Below are positions 23,762 to 37,200 of a stretch of DNA of 64,000 nt, piece by piece. The notes beneath the pieces are model-generated. The model had not been told where the DNA came from, searched no databases, and saw only the letters and a list, made by a program, of their open reading frames with translations. Made by a program: the position numbers and the translations under genes. How positions within the stretch are numbered: the first letter of the stretch is position 1; every line of letters begins with the position of its first letter. The stretch comes from Octopus sinensis (taxonomy: Eukaryota), in the NCBI RefSeq assembly GCF_006345805.1, contig NC_043019.1:20645360-20709359 (forward strand), written 5' to 3'.

Positions 23762-25539
23762 TTAAAACAGAATTTGTATCATAGAACTAGGGGTGATCTC
23801 AGGTTGGTTGATATTAAAAGGGTTAAATCATACTTTTCCATCTTAAAAGCTACACTGGAGGAAATAATCCAAGGTACACATTACTGAAAATGTCACATTT
23901 TTGATCAAAAGGTTTACTCAGTCAGCACGAACTTGAAGCTAAACAACAATTAAATTAATGCTTTGAACATACATAAGAAGAATGTACTTGTATGTGAATG
24001 TATACAAATACATAGATATATAAATTTGTTTATATAGACACAGATGGTCGCACACAAAAAATGCTCTTGAATTTATAATACACGCTCCATGGGAAAGCCA
24101 GCAAGATGGAAGCACATCTGTGAGTAGTGTGCATGACTTTTAAAAACTGTCCGTGCAGTTAGTAAATGTGGTGAAATGACTCAGGTGGGAATCAATTTGC
24201 AGTGTGGGGGGGTGGGTTGTGGTTTGATGGCGTTACCATTGTGGTAATCTCACACAAAGGTTGGAGTACATGTATTCAATGCCTGGATACAAAATGATTA
24301 TAGCTACAGTTATACCACCAAAAAAAAAAAGGCTGAATATATTCAGTTGTGAAAGGCATGAATGTTCACACATTCACCCGCCCACACGAACACTGACACA
24401 CATAATCGTAGATACACGCCTTTTTTTTTTTTTTTTTATCTTTTACTAGTTTCAGTCATTTGACTGTGGCCATGCTGAGGCACCAAATTTTGTATATACA
24501 ATTTTTCAAATATATACATCAAAAGGTTTATACTTGTGTATATATTAAATGTTTTTATATAAACACAAACATTAAAAAAAGTATATGACCAAAGCCTTGA
24601 GAGGATTTGGTAGACAGACATAGAAAAAAAAAGGTGTGGTCGTGTGGTAAGAAGTTTGCTTCCCAACCATATTGTTCCAGGTTCAGTCTCACTGCCTGGC
24701 ACCTTGAGCATGTGTCTTCTACTATAACCTCAGGCTGACCAAAGCCTTGTGAGTGTATTTAGTAGAGGGAAATTGAAAGAAGCCCATCATGTATGTGGCT
24801 TTGTGTTTGTTACTCAACACCACTTGACAATTGGTGTTGGTGTGTTTACATCCCCGTAACTTAGTGGTTTGGCAAAAGGAAACAAAAAAGTACCAGTCTT
24901 TAAAAAAAAGTACTGGGGGTCGTTTTGTTTGACTAAAAATTCTCCCAGCATGGATGCAATCTAATGACTGAAACACGACTATAAATAATACACACACACG
25001 GCTCCCTTTGTATGATGGGGACTCATTTATAGCTATCACATGCTGTCAAGACAAGCAGTGTCTATTTCTAATCTTCTGAGAAAACATGTCCAACCATGGG
25101 AAAATACTGCCTTGCTTGGAAAGTAGCGATGGCTGGCAACAGAAAACCTGCCCCAAAGAATTTCACCTGACCCATACAAGCACAGAAAAGAGTACATTAA
25201 AATGATTACACACACACACACACAGTAATCCTTAATTTTCAAGTAACATTGACATTATTTGAAAAGTATGACAGAAACGCCATTCAGCTGTAATGAAAAA
25301 TAAAAATGCCTCAAAAATATACTCATCTAACCCATGATAACATAGTAAAGAAAAGAAAAAAGTGTGGCTGTGTAGTAAGACGCTTGCTTCTCAACTACAT
25401 TGTCCCAAATTCAGTCTTGCTACAAGGTACCTTAGGCATGTGTCTTTCACCCATGGCCTTGGGCCAACCAAATCCTTGAGTGGATTTGGTAGATGGAAAT
25501 TGAAAGAAGCCCTTCATGTATAGTATAGAGTGAGTGTAT

Positions 25540-26230
25540 GTGTATCTCAGGTGTATCTTGGGAGTCAAGTGGGAAGGTTTCATACCAGATACAGAAGTTT
25601 TGCACATGGTATTGAACAACATGTAATCTTGGCTCAAATGAGATGGGCTGGATATGTTATTGGAACGAAAGATGAGCGATTGTCAAAGTTTTCTCTTATG
25701 GTGAGCTCAGCTCTGGTAACCGACCACCACAACATAAGCTGAAGAAAAGGTATAAAGACTGTGTGAAGGAAAACCTGAAGAAACTAGATATGAACAAAAG
25801 TGATTGGGAAACTGATGTTCTGGATCGGAACAAGTGGAGAGGTGCTGTTCGGACTGGCCGCAATGCATGGGAGGAAAAGCAGCATTCTGAGCTTAAAAGG
25901 GGCCTGTTGCAAAAGAACAATTGGAACTGAAATCAACTGTGAACAATGGATATCTATTATGTGTGATCATGTCCTGTTGTCAAAAGCAGGATATGTGAAT
26001 CATATGAAGTCACATGAAAATCTAAATGCCCAGGATAGTAGTAACCTTGAACTCCGACCGCCTCTAACGACTTGTGTCATATGTCACGAAACTCATAAGA
26101 TAATATCTGGACTTAAAAGTCACCTGCTAGTTCACCAAAACATTCCTTCAAAATCAGATTTCAAAAGGCACAGATATAGAAGAAACTTGAATGATATCTG
26201 TCACTTGTGTTTCAAACCCCCGTTAGTCAG
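25540..26230 (+). mobile_element. Degenerate RTE/BovB-like LINE 3' region with C2H2-like fingers
   Basis: QMRWAGYVIGTKDERLSK, KKRYKDCVKENLKKL, DWETDVLDRNKWRGAVRTG, then CDHVLLSKAGYVNHMKSH and CVICHETHKIISGLKSHLLVH. Frameshifted. Confidence 0.82.
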
Positions 26231-27147
26231 CAGTTGGTCCTTAAATGTCACCTGAGCGATCATTAATGGGGGGGATTGTGCTGTGATGGGGTGTGGTGTG
26301 TGTGTGTTGATGGGACAGCTATCATCATCATCATATATATGTATCTTATCAGTCATAAGACAAGTGCTTTCGTTGCCATGAGTTGTTTTGACTCTTATTT
26401 CTAGCAATGCTTGTGCTGACTAGTACCCTTAGTCACTTTAGTGATTTTTGCCCTTTGGTTGTAAATTGTGAATAAGTCACCTTTATTATTTATATACACA
26501 CAGACACACACACATCTGTGTGTCTTAGTGTCTGTGTTTCCCCCCACCACCTGCTTGACAACCGGTGTCAGTGTGGTTACATCCCTTAATGGTTCAGCAA
26601 AAGGGAGCAACAGAATAAGTACCAGGCTTTTAAAAAAAAAAGAAGTGATGGGGTTGATTCATTCAACTAAAGTTCCTGAAAGCAGTGCCCCAGCATGGCC
26701 ACAGGCTAATAACTGAAACAAGTAAAAAGAAAAAAAAAGATAAACTCAAAGAAAATACTGTGATTACTTCCATACTCTTTGTTAAATACTGAGTTCTCCT
26801 ATTCTATATTTTGGGGATGAGGAATTATGCACATTATTTACAATGGACAGATTAGGTGTCCTCATCTTGTTATCACGATGTACTCTCCAGCCTTCATCAG
26901 GTGTTTTGGTGGAATTTCAAACTCAACCCTTTATTTGACTAATGTGGTACACTGTTCTCATTCCTAAGATATGTTGCTGATGTTATTTTTCTGTTCATAT
27001 TATTTTTTAAGTCCTCTGCTGTGGATGGAACTTAGAATCCAAGAGTTAGTAGCCCACACTCTTATCCACTACACAACATTTTGTATCTTTTGTATATTTT
27101 CCTAGAGGCCTTTGACATAGGGTAGACAGACTGTGGTCAGTTTATGG

Positions 27148-27664
27148 CAGGGGCAGGGAAACTTTTTAGTGTGGTAGGCAAAAATTTACAAAGGAAAAGG
27201 TCTGTGGGCATATCACAAATTCTAACTCTTATATCTGTGTAGATCTTGTATATATATATATATCCATGTATAATTCGATACACATTAAATTAAAATGTAA
27301 CATCTTCATTAACGCCGCCACTGAATTTAGGACATTTATATTACCTATGAGGTGTTCTATACTTTTCAGCTATAGTGTAGTTGGGTTTCAAGGGAGAGGT
27401 ACAAACCTAGCAATATGTGTTTTATAGTGAAAACAATATTTTCATTCAAATGGCAATTACTGAACGATTTTCTGTTCAAGTCTAACTGTTTTAAGTTATA
27501 GTGGAAACATGATCTGTGTAGCGAATAGGCATATGAATATTGTATAAATTTTATAATTGAGAAATTTACTACATTTTGTACATAGAAGTATATTAGCCTG
27601 TGGGCAAAATAAAATGGGCTCGCAGGTGCAATTGCACCCATGGGCGGGGGTTTCCCCACCCCTG
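27148..27664. mobile_element. hAT-type non-autonomous element
   Basis: CAGGGG...CCCCTG TIRs flanked by an exact 8-bp duplication GTTTATGG (27140-27147 and 27665-27672). Confidence 0.85.
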
Positions 27665-27734
27665 GTTTATGGGTTTCATCCTCTCTTCCTAGTTGGAGTG
27701 GATAGTATGTTCTTTGGCTAGTTGTTGCGTAGCT

Positions 27735-28640
27735 CATCTAGCCCATCTATCAGGATCGCTACTTCTAGTCTTTTGCTTGGTGTTTTAGGCACTGGGCACT
27801 CCCTCTCTCTATACTGTATGGAAGGTGGGAATTGAAATTCACAATGGAAAAGGACAATCAACAAATGGCATTCCTGAAAGTATTAACAACACGCACTGAG
27901 TGATGGGTTCAGGACATCTGTATACTATAAGCCAACCTTCACTGGACAATACCTCAACTTCAATTCCCACCACCTATACAGTATAAAGAGAGGGAATGCT
28001 CAGTGCCTAAAACATCCAGCAAAGACTATAAGTAGCGATCCTGATACACACCAGGAAGAAATGAAGAATCTGCTATGCAACAACTACCCAGAGAACACAC
28101 TAGCCACTTCATTTAGGAAGAAAAAAGAGGATGACACCCATAAACTGAGCACTGTCTGTCTACCCTATGTCAAAGGCCTCTTGGAAAAGATACAAAATAT
28201 ATATGGTCCATATGACATCTGGACAGTATTCAGAAGTAATACAACACTTTGCAAATATCTTCTCTGAGTAAAACCACCCATAGAAAAGAATATGACCAAA
28301 AGCTGTGTGTACTCTATCCCATGCAGTTGTGGTAGGCTATACAAAGGTGTAGCATGCTGCCCCCTTAAAGTAAAGGTAGAGGAACATGGTAAAGCTGTGA
28401 CAGGAGGGGTTGTTGAAAAATCAGGTATAGATGATCATGTATGGAAAAATGGAGTCCACCTCCTGCTGTGGGAGGGGATGAAGTTAAAATAATTGACAGA
28501 GCACACCACTGGAAAATACGACAACTAAAAGAGGCTGCACATATGCTAGGTCACAATAACCTCCTAAGCAGATCTAGTGCAGATATGAATGTAATATGGG
28601 AACCGGTATTAAGAAAGGATAAAATACTAGGTTTATAAGC
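27735..28640 (+). mobile_element. Penelope-like element relic (GIY-YIG endonuclease) with 5' inverted segment
   Basis: VCLPYVKGLLEKIQNIY, CVYSIPCSCGRLYKG, KVKVEEHGK, SGIDDHVW and KEAAH. Bases 27735-27835 are an inverted copy of 27955-28045. Confidence 0.85.
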
Positions 28641-30034
28641 CCTACAATCCACTCTATGATTGCCCACAGGCATATAGCATAGTGGATAAGAGCGTGGGCT
28701 ACTAACCCTCGGATACTAAGTTCAATCCCAGGCACGAACACTGAGCACTCCTTTTGTTTTACGACACTTACTCCACCCCACGCCATCATACATACATTTC
28801 TTTACATCTGCCTCTTACGATCCATATCATCCTGCACATACAAAGAAAACTGTGTGCACAATTTTAGTTAACTTTATTGCAGCATCTTGCACAGCAGGCC
28901 ACCCTACTATCCAAGGTAGACACAGCAGGCCATCCTGCAATCCAAGGTACATTGGATGGGGTCATCCACAACTTTACAACATGGGTTGGGCACATTCTAT
29001 GTTGTGCATTGCATGATTAACTTTATATATTTTTCTCTTGTCCTTTCAACTTGTTTCTGTCATTAGACTGCAGCCATGCTGGGGCACCACCACACCGGAG
29101 GGTTTTATTCGAACAAATCAACTTCAGTTTCTGATGCCAAGAATTTCTGCATAACAAGTGCATTCATAAGGCACCGACTGGTCTGTCACTACAGCAGAAA
29201 AAAAAACATAGGCATGGTGACCTGTACTGGGACCAAACATGAAATCATGTGCAGACTTAACCACACATTCACACCTGAATCTCCCCCCGCTACACACACA
29301 CATTTCATGCATAATTAATATACTTCAGAGTATGTACTGATTTAGCAAGTGATATGATTCGAGGCCATGTATAGAAACTGAAACAATAACACGAAAGAAG
29401 AGCCATTCCAACCATTTAAGAACAAATGAACACAAACAGTTGTATTCAGTTTTTTGTTTAATTCTTAATAAGCCTGTCTATTACGAAGTACCAATCTACC
29501 TTCACAGTGATGTGACTGAGCCACTGACACAAATTCCACATGCACACACACTTGCGTAAGTAATTCATGATTTCAGTTACTGGACTATGACCATGCTGGA
29601 GCATGGTGTTAAAAAATTTATAGTTAATAACATCAACCTGGGTTTTCAGTTTGGTGCTAATCTGGCCCGTCTATTAAATGACAAGCAAGGATACTTTTCT
29701 ACATTAATGGATGTCACTCTCAGATATCAACACATCTATCTATGTGTACCTCTCTCTCTCTCTCTCTCATATATATCTGTATGTTTATCTTTCGAGCATA
29801 TTAGCCAACCTACCTAGCCATCTGGATGAAATCATTCGAAAACTAAAAACAATTAAGTGCATTCTTTTCTACTCTAGGCACAAGGCCTGAAATTTTTGGG
29901 GTGGGGAGGGGGTATAGGCAGTCGATTAGACTGACCCCAGTATGCAACTGGTACTTAATTTATAAACTCTGAAAGGACGAAAGGCAAAGTCGACCTTGGT
30001 GGAATTTGAACTCAGAACAAAGACAGATGAAATA

Positions 30035-30271
30035 CCTATTTCTTTACTGCCCACAAGGGGCTAAACACAGAGGGGGACAAACAAGGACAGACAAACGGAT
30101 TAAGACGATTATATCGACCCAAGTGCGTAACTGGTACTTAATTTATCGACCCCGAAAGGATGAAAGGCAAAGTCAACCTCGATGGAATTTGAACCCAGAA
30201 CATAAAGACAGACGAAATACCGCTAAGCATTTTGCCTGGCGTGCTAACGATTCTGATAGCTCACCAACCTA
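30035..30271 (-). mobile_element. SINE family A copy, inverted
   Basis: Reverse complement of the family A consensus. Confidence 0.85.
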
Positions 30272-31241
30272 AGTCAATCATTGTGACCAGTGGTGCATAA
30301 CATCTAATAGTTTGGTCAATACTATGATTATATATATCTCAAAAACAATTGGCAAGACACACAAGGAAACTAGCGTCTCCACATACAATGACTATATATA
30401 AAGTATATATAAGAGAAAAGAACATGGTCATAACTAGGTACTCCATCATTCCAGTTGTTATATGTGTTTCAGTATTCAGTAATACATAAACATATACAAC
30501 AAGTGGAATAAAGGAATACCAAGTTATGCCCATATTCTTGGCTCTTTGTATTACATCATAACCCATCATCAGATACGGACAACTTTTGTGTACAAGCGAT
30601 GGGGTGGGGTGGGGTGGGGATTGGGGGTGAGTGCGATTAACATTAGAGCTGAAACCTATCTGGTTTAATTGTCATGCATTGAGTGCATTTAATCATATCT
30701 ATATATGGTTGTGTGGTTGAGGAGTTTGCTTCCTAACCATGTACTTTCAGTTTCACTTCCGCTGTGTGGTAACTTTGGGCAAGTATCTTCTTGGACTGAC
30801 ACCAATTCAGTGAGTGGATTTGATGTACAGAAACTGAAAGTAGACAGTTGCTTATGTCCATGTGTTTGAGCTTACATCTGCAGTCATTTGCATGAAAATG
30901 TGATGGGCATATTTGTTACTTCCCTCTTGTCAGCGAATCACTCAGCTAGTTTTTATTTCTCTCATATGGAATAAGCGATTCCTTAATTAAAAATCAGGTA
31001 AGGTATCTGGTTTTAAAACAATGCTTCAATTTGCAAAACTTAATGGAGGACAGACTAAATGAACAGCTACGAAGAATTGAACCCCAAACCTCTTAGATAC
31101 TGGCTGAGTGCTCTAATTCTCTGTAGCTACCTGCTAGCAACTTTTCCACATCTCCTATCGTTCTTGGTTGTTTAAACAGCTATACTGTTTGAAATTTACT
31201 TTCTTGTCTCTAAAATACCAACACACTCAGTGCTTATAAAA

Positions 31242-31282
<41 letters not shown>

Positions 31283-32901
31283 TATATCATCATCATATAG
31301 CATCCGCTTTCCATGCTAGCATGGGTTGGACAGTTCAACTGGGGTCTGGGGGGCCAGAAGGCTGCACCAGGCCCAGTCTGATCTGGCAATATTTCTACGG
31401 CTGGATGCCCTTCTAACGCCAACCACTCCGAGAGTGTAGCGGGTGCTTTTTACGTGCCAGACGAGGCTGGCAAACGGCCACAATCGGATGGTGCTTGCCA
31501 AGCTTCCATATAGTTTCCTTTATCCAAAATATTCAGAGATTACATAATCATCCATGGGTTAGATAGTTTGACAGGATTCAGTGAACCATAGCGCTGCATA
31601 TCAGCTTTGGCATGCTTTCTATGGTTGGATGCCTTTTTTGAATGCTATAGTAGATGGTAACCCATATATGGGAGATTGAACTAGGGACTACATAAACGTG
31701 AAGCAAACTTCTCAACTGGTGTTGTACTGATTTCATAAAGATCAGTATTAGGCTGTAAAACACTGCCTCAGTAATATCTAACCCCTGCTAGCATGGAGAA
31801 ACAGACATAAAACCCAATCAACACATGCACACACATTTTTGTAATATTATATGCATGTAATTATAGGATTAGAGCTAAATATCATGTATATTTAATTTTA
31901 TCAGTTATACACTTACTATTATTTTAAGATATTAATTTCATATTTCGATAACTCAATTTTTTTTATTAAACCAAGTTAGTTCTTGTAACTTTTATATCTC
32001 TTAATTTAAAGATTTATTCATATCGAATGCGCTTCCTTTCTGCAGCTTCTGCAGTGACACGTGCACCACAGACAGACAAACTAGCAACAAAAAAAAAAAA
32101 GAAAAATAATCACAAAGAGAAGATTTGCTTCAAGTGGTAATTAACGCCAGCTGTAAACACAATGTAAGGAATAAATGACATAATTTAATCTTGGCTTCTG
32201 TAAGGCTTACACCATTAGTGTCAACAACAACAACAACAGCAGTGGGCTATTACTACTGATATAATAATAGTACACACTGGTGTCAGCTACACTGCCACAC
32301 CACTGCTATTATACCACAAGACCGCTATTTAGAAATAAGATTATCATGGATTACAGATACTAAGTTGTTGACAGTGTGTTGTTTAGCCCCAGGTCAGGTC
32401 TGATCTAAAACAAGGCATATCATCTAAAAGCATCCCCAGCTACGACAATCTTAGTATCTTTTATTTATTTTGTCAGTCAGTGTACCTAAGACTACATTTT
32501 TCTAACCATATCCTTACTTTATTTTTGTGATGGTTGGGTGTGATGAGGGAGATTTGGTTGCTATTTCTAACAAGTCAAGCAAACACAGTAGAGGGTGCCT
32601 TGTCTAAAAACATCAAGTTGTTTATGCCTAAGTCGGATTAAATGTGTTCCTGCCACGACCCATCCACCTGCATTTTTTCAGGATATCCAAGACAATTTTT
32701 ATGAAGACAAGCAATCACCTATTGACATGGTCACTCAACTTGCTAAAAACAACACGACCATCTCATCTTTGGAGACTATATTACCTGATGGTAGGTTGTG
32801 ATGAGGATTTAGCTGCTATTTCTAGCACTTTGAGCAACTACAATAGAGATGGTTTCAGTCACTGTATCACTAGTTAAGTGTCAAAGGTCATTAGACTATG
32901 G

Positions 32902-32991
32902 CAGTGCTTTTCAACTTTTTGCTGGAGCGGAACCCCTGGACTGTACTGGCGTAACCCTAAGGTTCCGCGGAACCCTGGTTGAAAACCACTG
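32902..32991. mobile_element. 90-bp hAT-type MITE
   Basis: cagtgcttttcaac...gttgaaaaccactg TIRs with an exact 8-bp duplication GACTATGG. Confidence 0.85.
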
Positions 32992-34030
32992 GACTATGGT
33001 GATGCTGAATCACCACCTTTTTTCTATTTGTTTTTTTTTCTTTCATTGAACTGCTAGGTTACAGAGAAATAAACAAACCAACACCAGTTGTCAAGCACTA
33101 AAGGAGAGACAAGCTTCTTTCAGTTTCCATCTACCAAATCCACTCACAAGGATTTAGGCAGGCCTGAGACAGTAGTAGAAGACACTTGTCCAAGGTGCTG
33201 TGCAATGGGAATGACGTGGTCGAGAAGAAAACTTATCACATAGTCATACCCGGCACCTATAGTAAGAAAAACAGGAAAACACAAATAATACACCCGTAAA
33301 TCCAGATTGTATTGTACCATTAGTTGTACTACATTCATTTTAAATAATGTCCAGCCTAGCAGTTTTATGACCCAGACACACCTGTTGTTCGTCTATATTT
33401 ATAGCCAACACCCAAATTCTCAAAATGTAAGCCAGTCATTCCACAACAGCTTTTGGTAACTGGTTTTTTAAAAAAATTATCAAACTATTACATCTAAAGC
33501 ACAGCAGTGTGCACGGGTGTGAAATGATTGGTCATTTTTCAAATGTACAAGACAATGACATAACCGTCACTTTGGTTTTATGTGGGTGGATCATACTAGC
33601 AGAGACTTAAAGCTATAAAATACTCGAGTAACAAGACTGGTTTTACTTACAACTCAAAAATACTATTAAACCTGCTTGAAATAAAAGCCAAATCTCTTTC
33701 AATTCACATCCTATTAGCTATTAACAATACAATTCTACACATGTGTATTCTTTTAGGTAGGGAAATCCTGACATTTTTATGTATTAATCTGATGTTATAA
33801 TTAAAAATGACCTCTTAATAGTGGGGAAACTGATTTAAACAAGGTCTTTGTTTTGATGATTTAGCACCAGCAAACCTTTCAAAGAGTTTTTTTTTTAATG
33901 ATTTGTTTGACCCTTTTGATACCAACCTGCCTGAGATTGCCTATGGTTTTATGAATTTAAGTTCCAGATACCAGCTTAATAATAATAATAATAAAATTCT
34001 TTATTTAAGAGATGAGGAATTATGTACATT

Positions 34031-34219
34031 ATTTACAATTGACGGATATTTGTCCTCATCTTGTTTGTTGTTAACACAATGTTTCGGCTGATATACCCTC
34101 CAGGCTTCATCAGGTGCCTTGGGGAAATTTTGACACTTGATGAAGGCTGGAGGAAATATCAGCTGAAATGTTGTGCTAACAACAAACAAGATGAGGACAA
34201 ATATCCGTCAATTGTAAAT
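34031..34219. repeat. About 190-bp palindrome of Penelope-like pLTR with two hammerhead-like motifs
   Basis: Arms atttacaattgacggatatttgtcctcatcttgtttgttgttaacac... and its reverse complement. The motifs are CTGATGA...GAAA on the minus strand and TTGATGA...GAAA on the plus strand. Confidence 0.75.
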
Positions 34220-37200
34220 AATAGAATTATTTTACTAAATTTGATAATGATGAAAAGCAGTATATTTCTACAAAAACAGGGTAATGAAAGGGTTAATTTC
34301 TTATGAAATTCTCATAAAAGACAACATAAAAAATAGACCAATTCAAAAAGCGGGGAAAAAAATTCTTGCAGCAAACTTATTCCTTGTATTTTAAAAGTTT
34401 TTCTCTTTACTATTTGCTGATGTAAACTGTTACTATATTCTGCAGATTCTTTTGTTCCAATGTAAATAAAAGTCTAGATAGGAATCCTTGCAGTTTAGTC
34501 TCATCATACTTGCATATTTTCATCTTCATCACAGCCCAATGGCTTCTGTAGCTTATTGTTCAATTGGTGCAGGACTGTTTAAAGAGATTCAGGTTGGGTA
34601 CAATCATTATTTTAGAAGGTAAGATAGAGGAATAGAAGCCATTTAGTCATTACACTCCATCCATCCCTCATTAACAACTACCATCTGGACCCTGAGGGCC
34701 TCCCGGTCTGTTGCTGCAAATACTTTAGTTGCCAGATAACTAAACTCACCCCACAACCATTGGAGACTTTGAAAAGGCCAAGGGTAGAACTCTTTCACTT
34801 TCTAAGAAAAGAAAAAGTAAATATTTTAGCTAGACAAAGAACCTGTGAGAATTAAGATAAACAACCTCCGATACAACGTCAACAAATATCTTCATAGCAC
34901 AAGACAAAGTCATTTTATTAAATAAGAGCAAAAAAAGTATTATATTTAATATAGCAAGTATTAAAAAGTTAATTAAGAAATTAATAGGCTGTACATCAAT
35001 GACTGCTATTTTAATTATTTCAGCAAATATGGGAAACAACTTTGGACAGATCTTGCTCTAAATGGAATTCAAAAGATCTTTAGGACATCCCAAAATATCT
35101 GTGAACCCAAATGTCACAGCACAACATTATACTTGCTCTTATGAAAAAGAATAAAGATACACTCAATCATAATTCTATGACTCAAATTCAGTGATTGTAT
35201 TCATTTTTGTAGGGGGAGGCCCTAACAACAAAAATTACAGTAACTTTTCAGAGATTAACAAGAAAACTATACACACTGCAAACTGTTTTTTTTTTTTCAT
35301 ATCTTCTGTATTACTGCTATGACCTGGACAGCGTTTTCATATTGAGAACTCCATCTAAACAGAAAAACCAGTGAAGCAAATGTGCCTACTGAACAATTTG
35401 TCAATTTGCTTCATGGTTCACTTGGCAGATTCTAGAGGTAATAATAATAATAATACAATAGGCAATGAAATGGTTAAACACTAGAGCTGATGACTCACCA
35501 TGGTCTATACATAACCACCATGGTCTGCTACATACAAAAGGAACATTTAGGGCTTACTTGCTGTATGTTTGTTGAGAATACACATGGACACAAATACAGC
35601 TGAATATTTGGAATTACCTTAATATTTCTGCTTCCCTGCTCCATGTATAAATTTTAGATATATCAAGGAGACATTGAATAATAATAATTTTTACTACTGT
35701 AAGCACAGGGCCTGATATTTTGGGGGAAGGGGCTAGTCGATTATATTGTACTGTAATAAGTACCAGGTGGAAAGATGGTTAAGAGAAAAAGAAAGAAAAA
35801 AAACTATGACTTGCATAGGCATGTTCAGGTCTCGCTGACATATTCAGTCAGTTTAGTTTGTGGTGTGTAATGGTGGTGAAACAGATTTTATAATTATTGC
35901 TGATGGGTAGGGGAGGAAAAGCAGAGACTACAGAAAATGCAAAATGAAATGCATACGACACACTTTCGACTAATGTGAAAAAAACCCACCAGCAGTAAGA
36001 ATGTTTTACTTTTGACAAGATCATAATGATTGTCACACCTAATTTGACCCATCTAACCTATACCAACAAGGAAAAGTGGGCCAAAAAAGGAAAAGTAAAA
36101 GTTTATATTTTGCCTGGTACCATCTACAATTCCAAATATGGGGAAATACTGAAATTTGAAACTGTGACATTGATACTGCACAAGGATATTTTTCAGTATT
36201 GTGAGCAACTGTATTAGCTAAAAATAACTGCTAAAACGAAGAAAGTGTAAGAACTAGAGGCTAATCAGTTACTAATCAAATAGAACATATGAGTGACATT
36301 TTCAGGATTTGTTTAAAAACTGTCAAATCCTGAGACTAACATAGCAATGGAGGTGATTTTAGATCAACTCTCAATCGGCAAGAAATATAAATTTATCATC
36401 ATCACCATTGTTTAACCCTTTAGCATTTAGTCCAACCTCATACAAGCCCAAATATTCTACCTGTTCTATGTTAAAACTGACCAGATCAGGCCTTTCACAC
36501 CTACCCAGAATGTCACTAAAAAAATATATACAATCACATCATTGAAATCTCAAAGCTACATGATAATGCATGAATAAGTTTTGTATCGTAGAACCAGAGG
36601 GCAGTCTCGGGCAGTTTGGTATTAAAAGAGTTACATGCAATGTTCTGCCTTGAAAATCATTAAAAAAAAAATTAACAGAACTTTAACACCAATATTTGTC
36701 TCCTGTTTAAAAAAAGAAAAGGGTTCATCTCTAAATAGGTTAGGACCAGCATTTAGACTAAAAGCTGAATAGTTGCTTGTACAAACAAATATTTATCTAG
36801 CAATGATACAGGTACAGCCTCCTGTTCAGGTGCACCACTGCACTAACAAGTTTTCTTCACTACCAATTACTGCTCGTTATCTCTTTCCTCATTTTTCTTT
36901 TTGGTTCCTAAATCACAGGTGTAGGCATGGCTGTGTGTTAAGAAGTTTTCTTCCCAGCCACATGGCTTTGGGTTCAGTCCCACTGTGTGGCACCTTAGGC
37001 AAGTGTTTTCTGCTATAGCCTTGGGCCAACCTAAGCCTTGTGAGTGGATTTGGTAGACGGAAACTGGAAGAAACCAGTCATGTGTGTGTGTACACTTTTG
37101 TGTCTGTTTGTCCCTCACCCCTTGACAACCGGTGTAGGCGTGCTTACATTCTCATAACAGGTTTGGCAAAAGAGACCAATGGAATAAGTCCTAGGGTTGA

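Noticed and set aside
30339-30569. 76-aa hydrophobic ORF on the minus strand
   Set aside because: No recognisable family or splice context; hydrophobic ORFs are expected in T-rich DNA.
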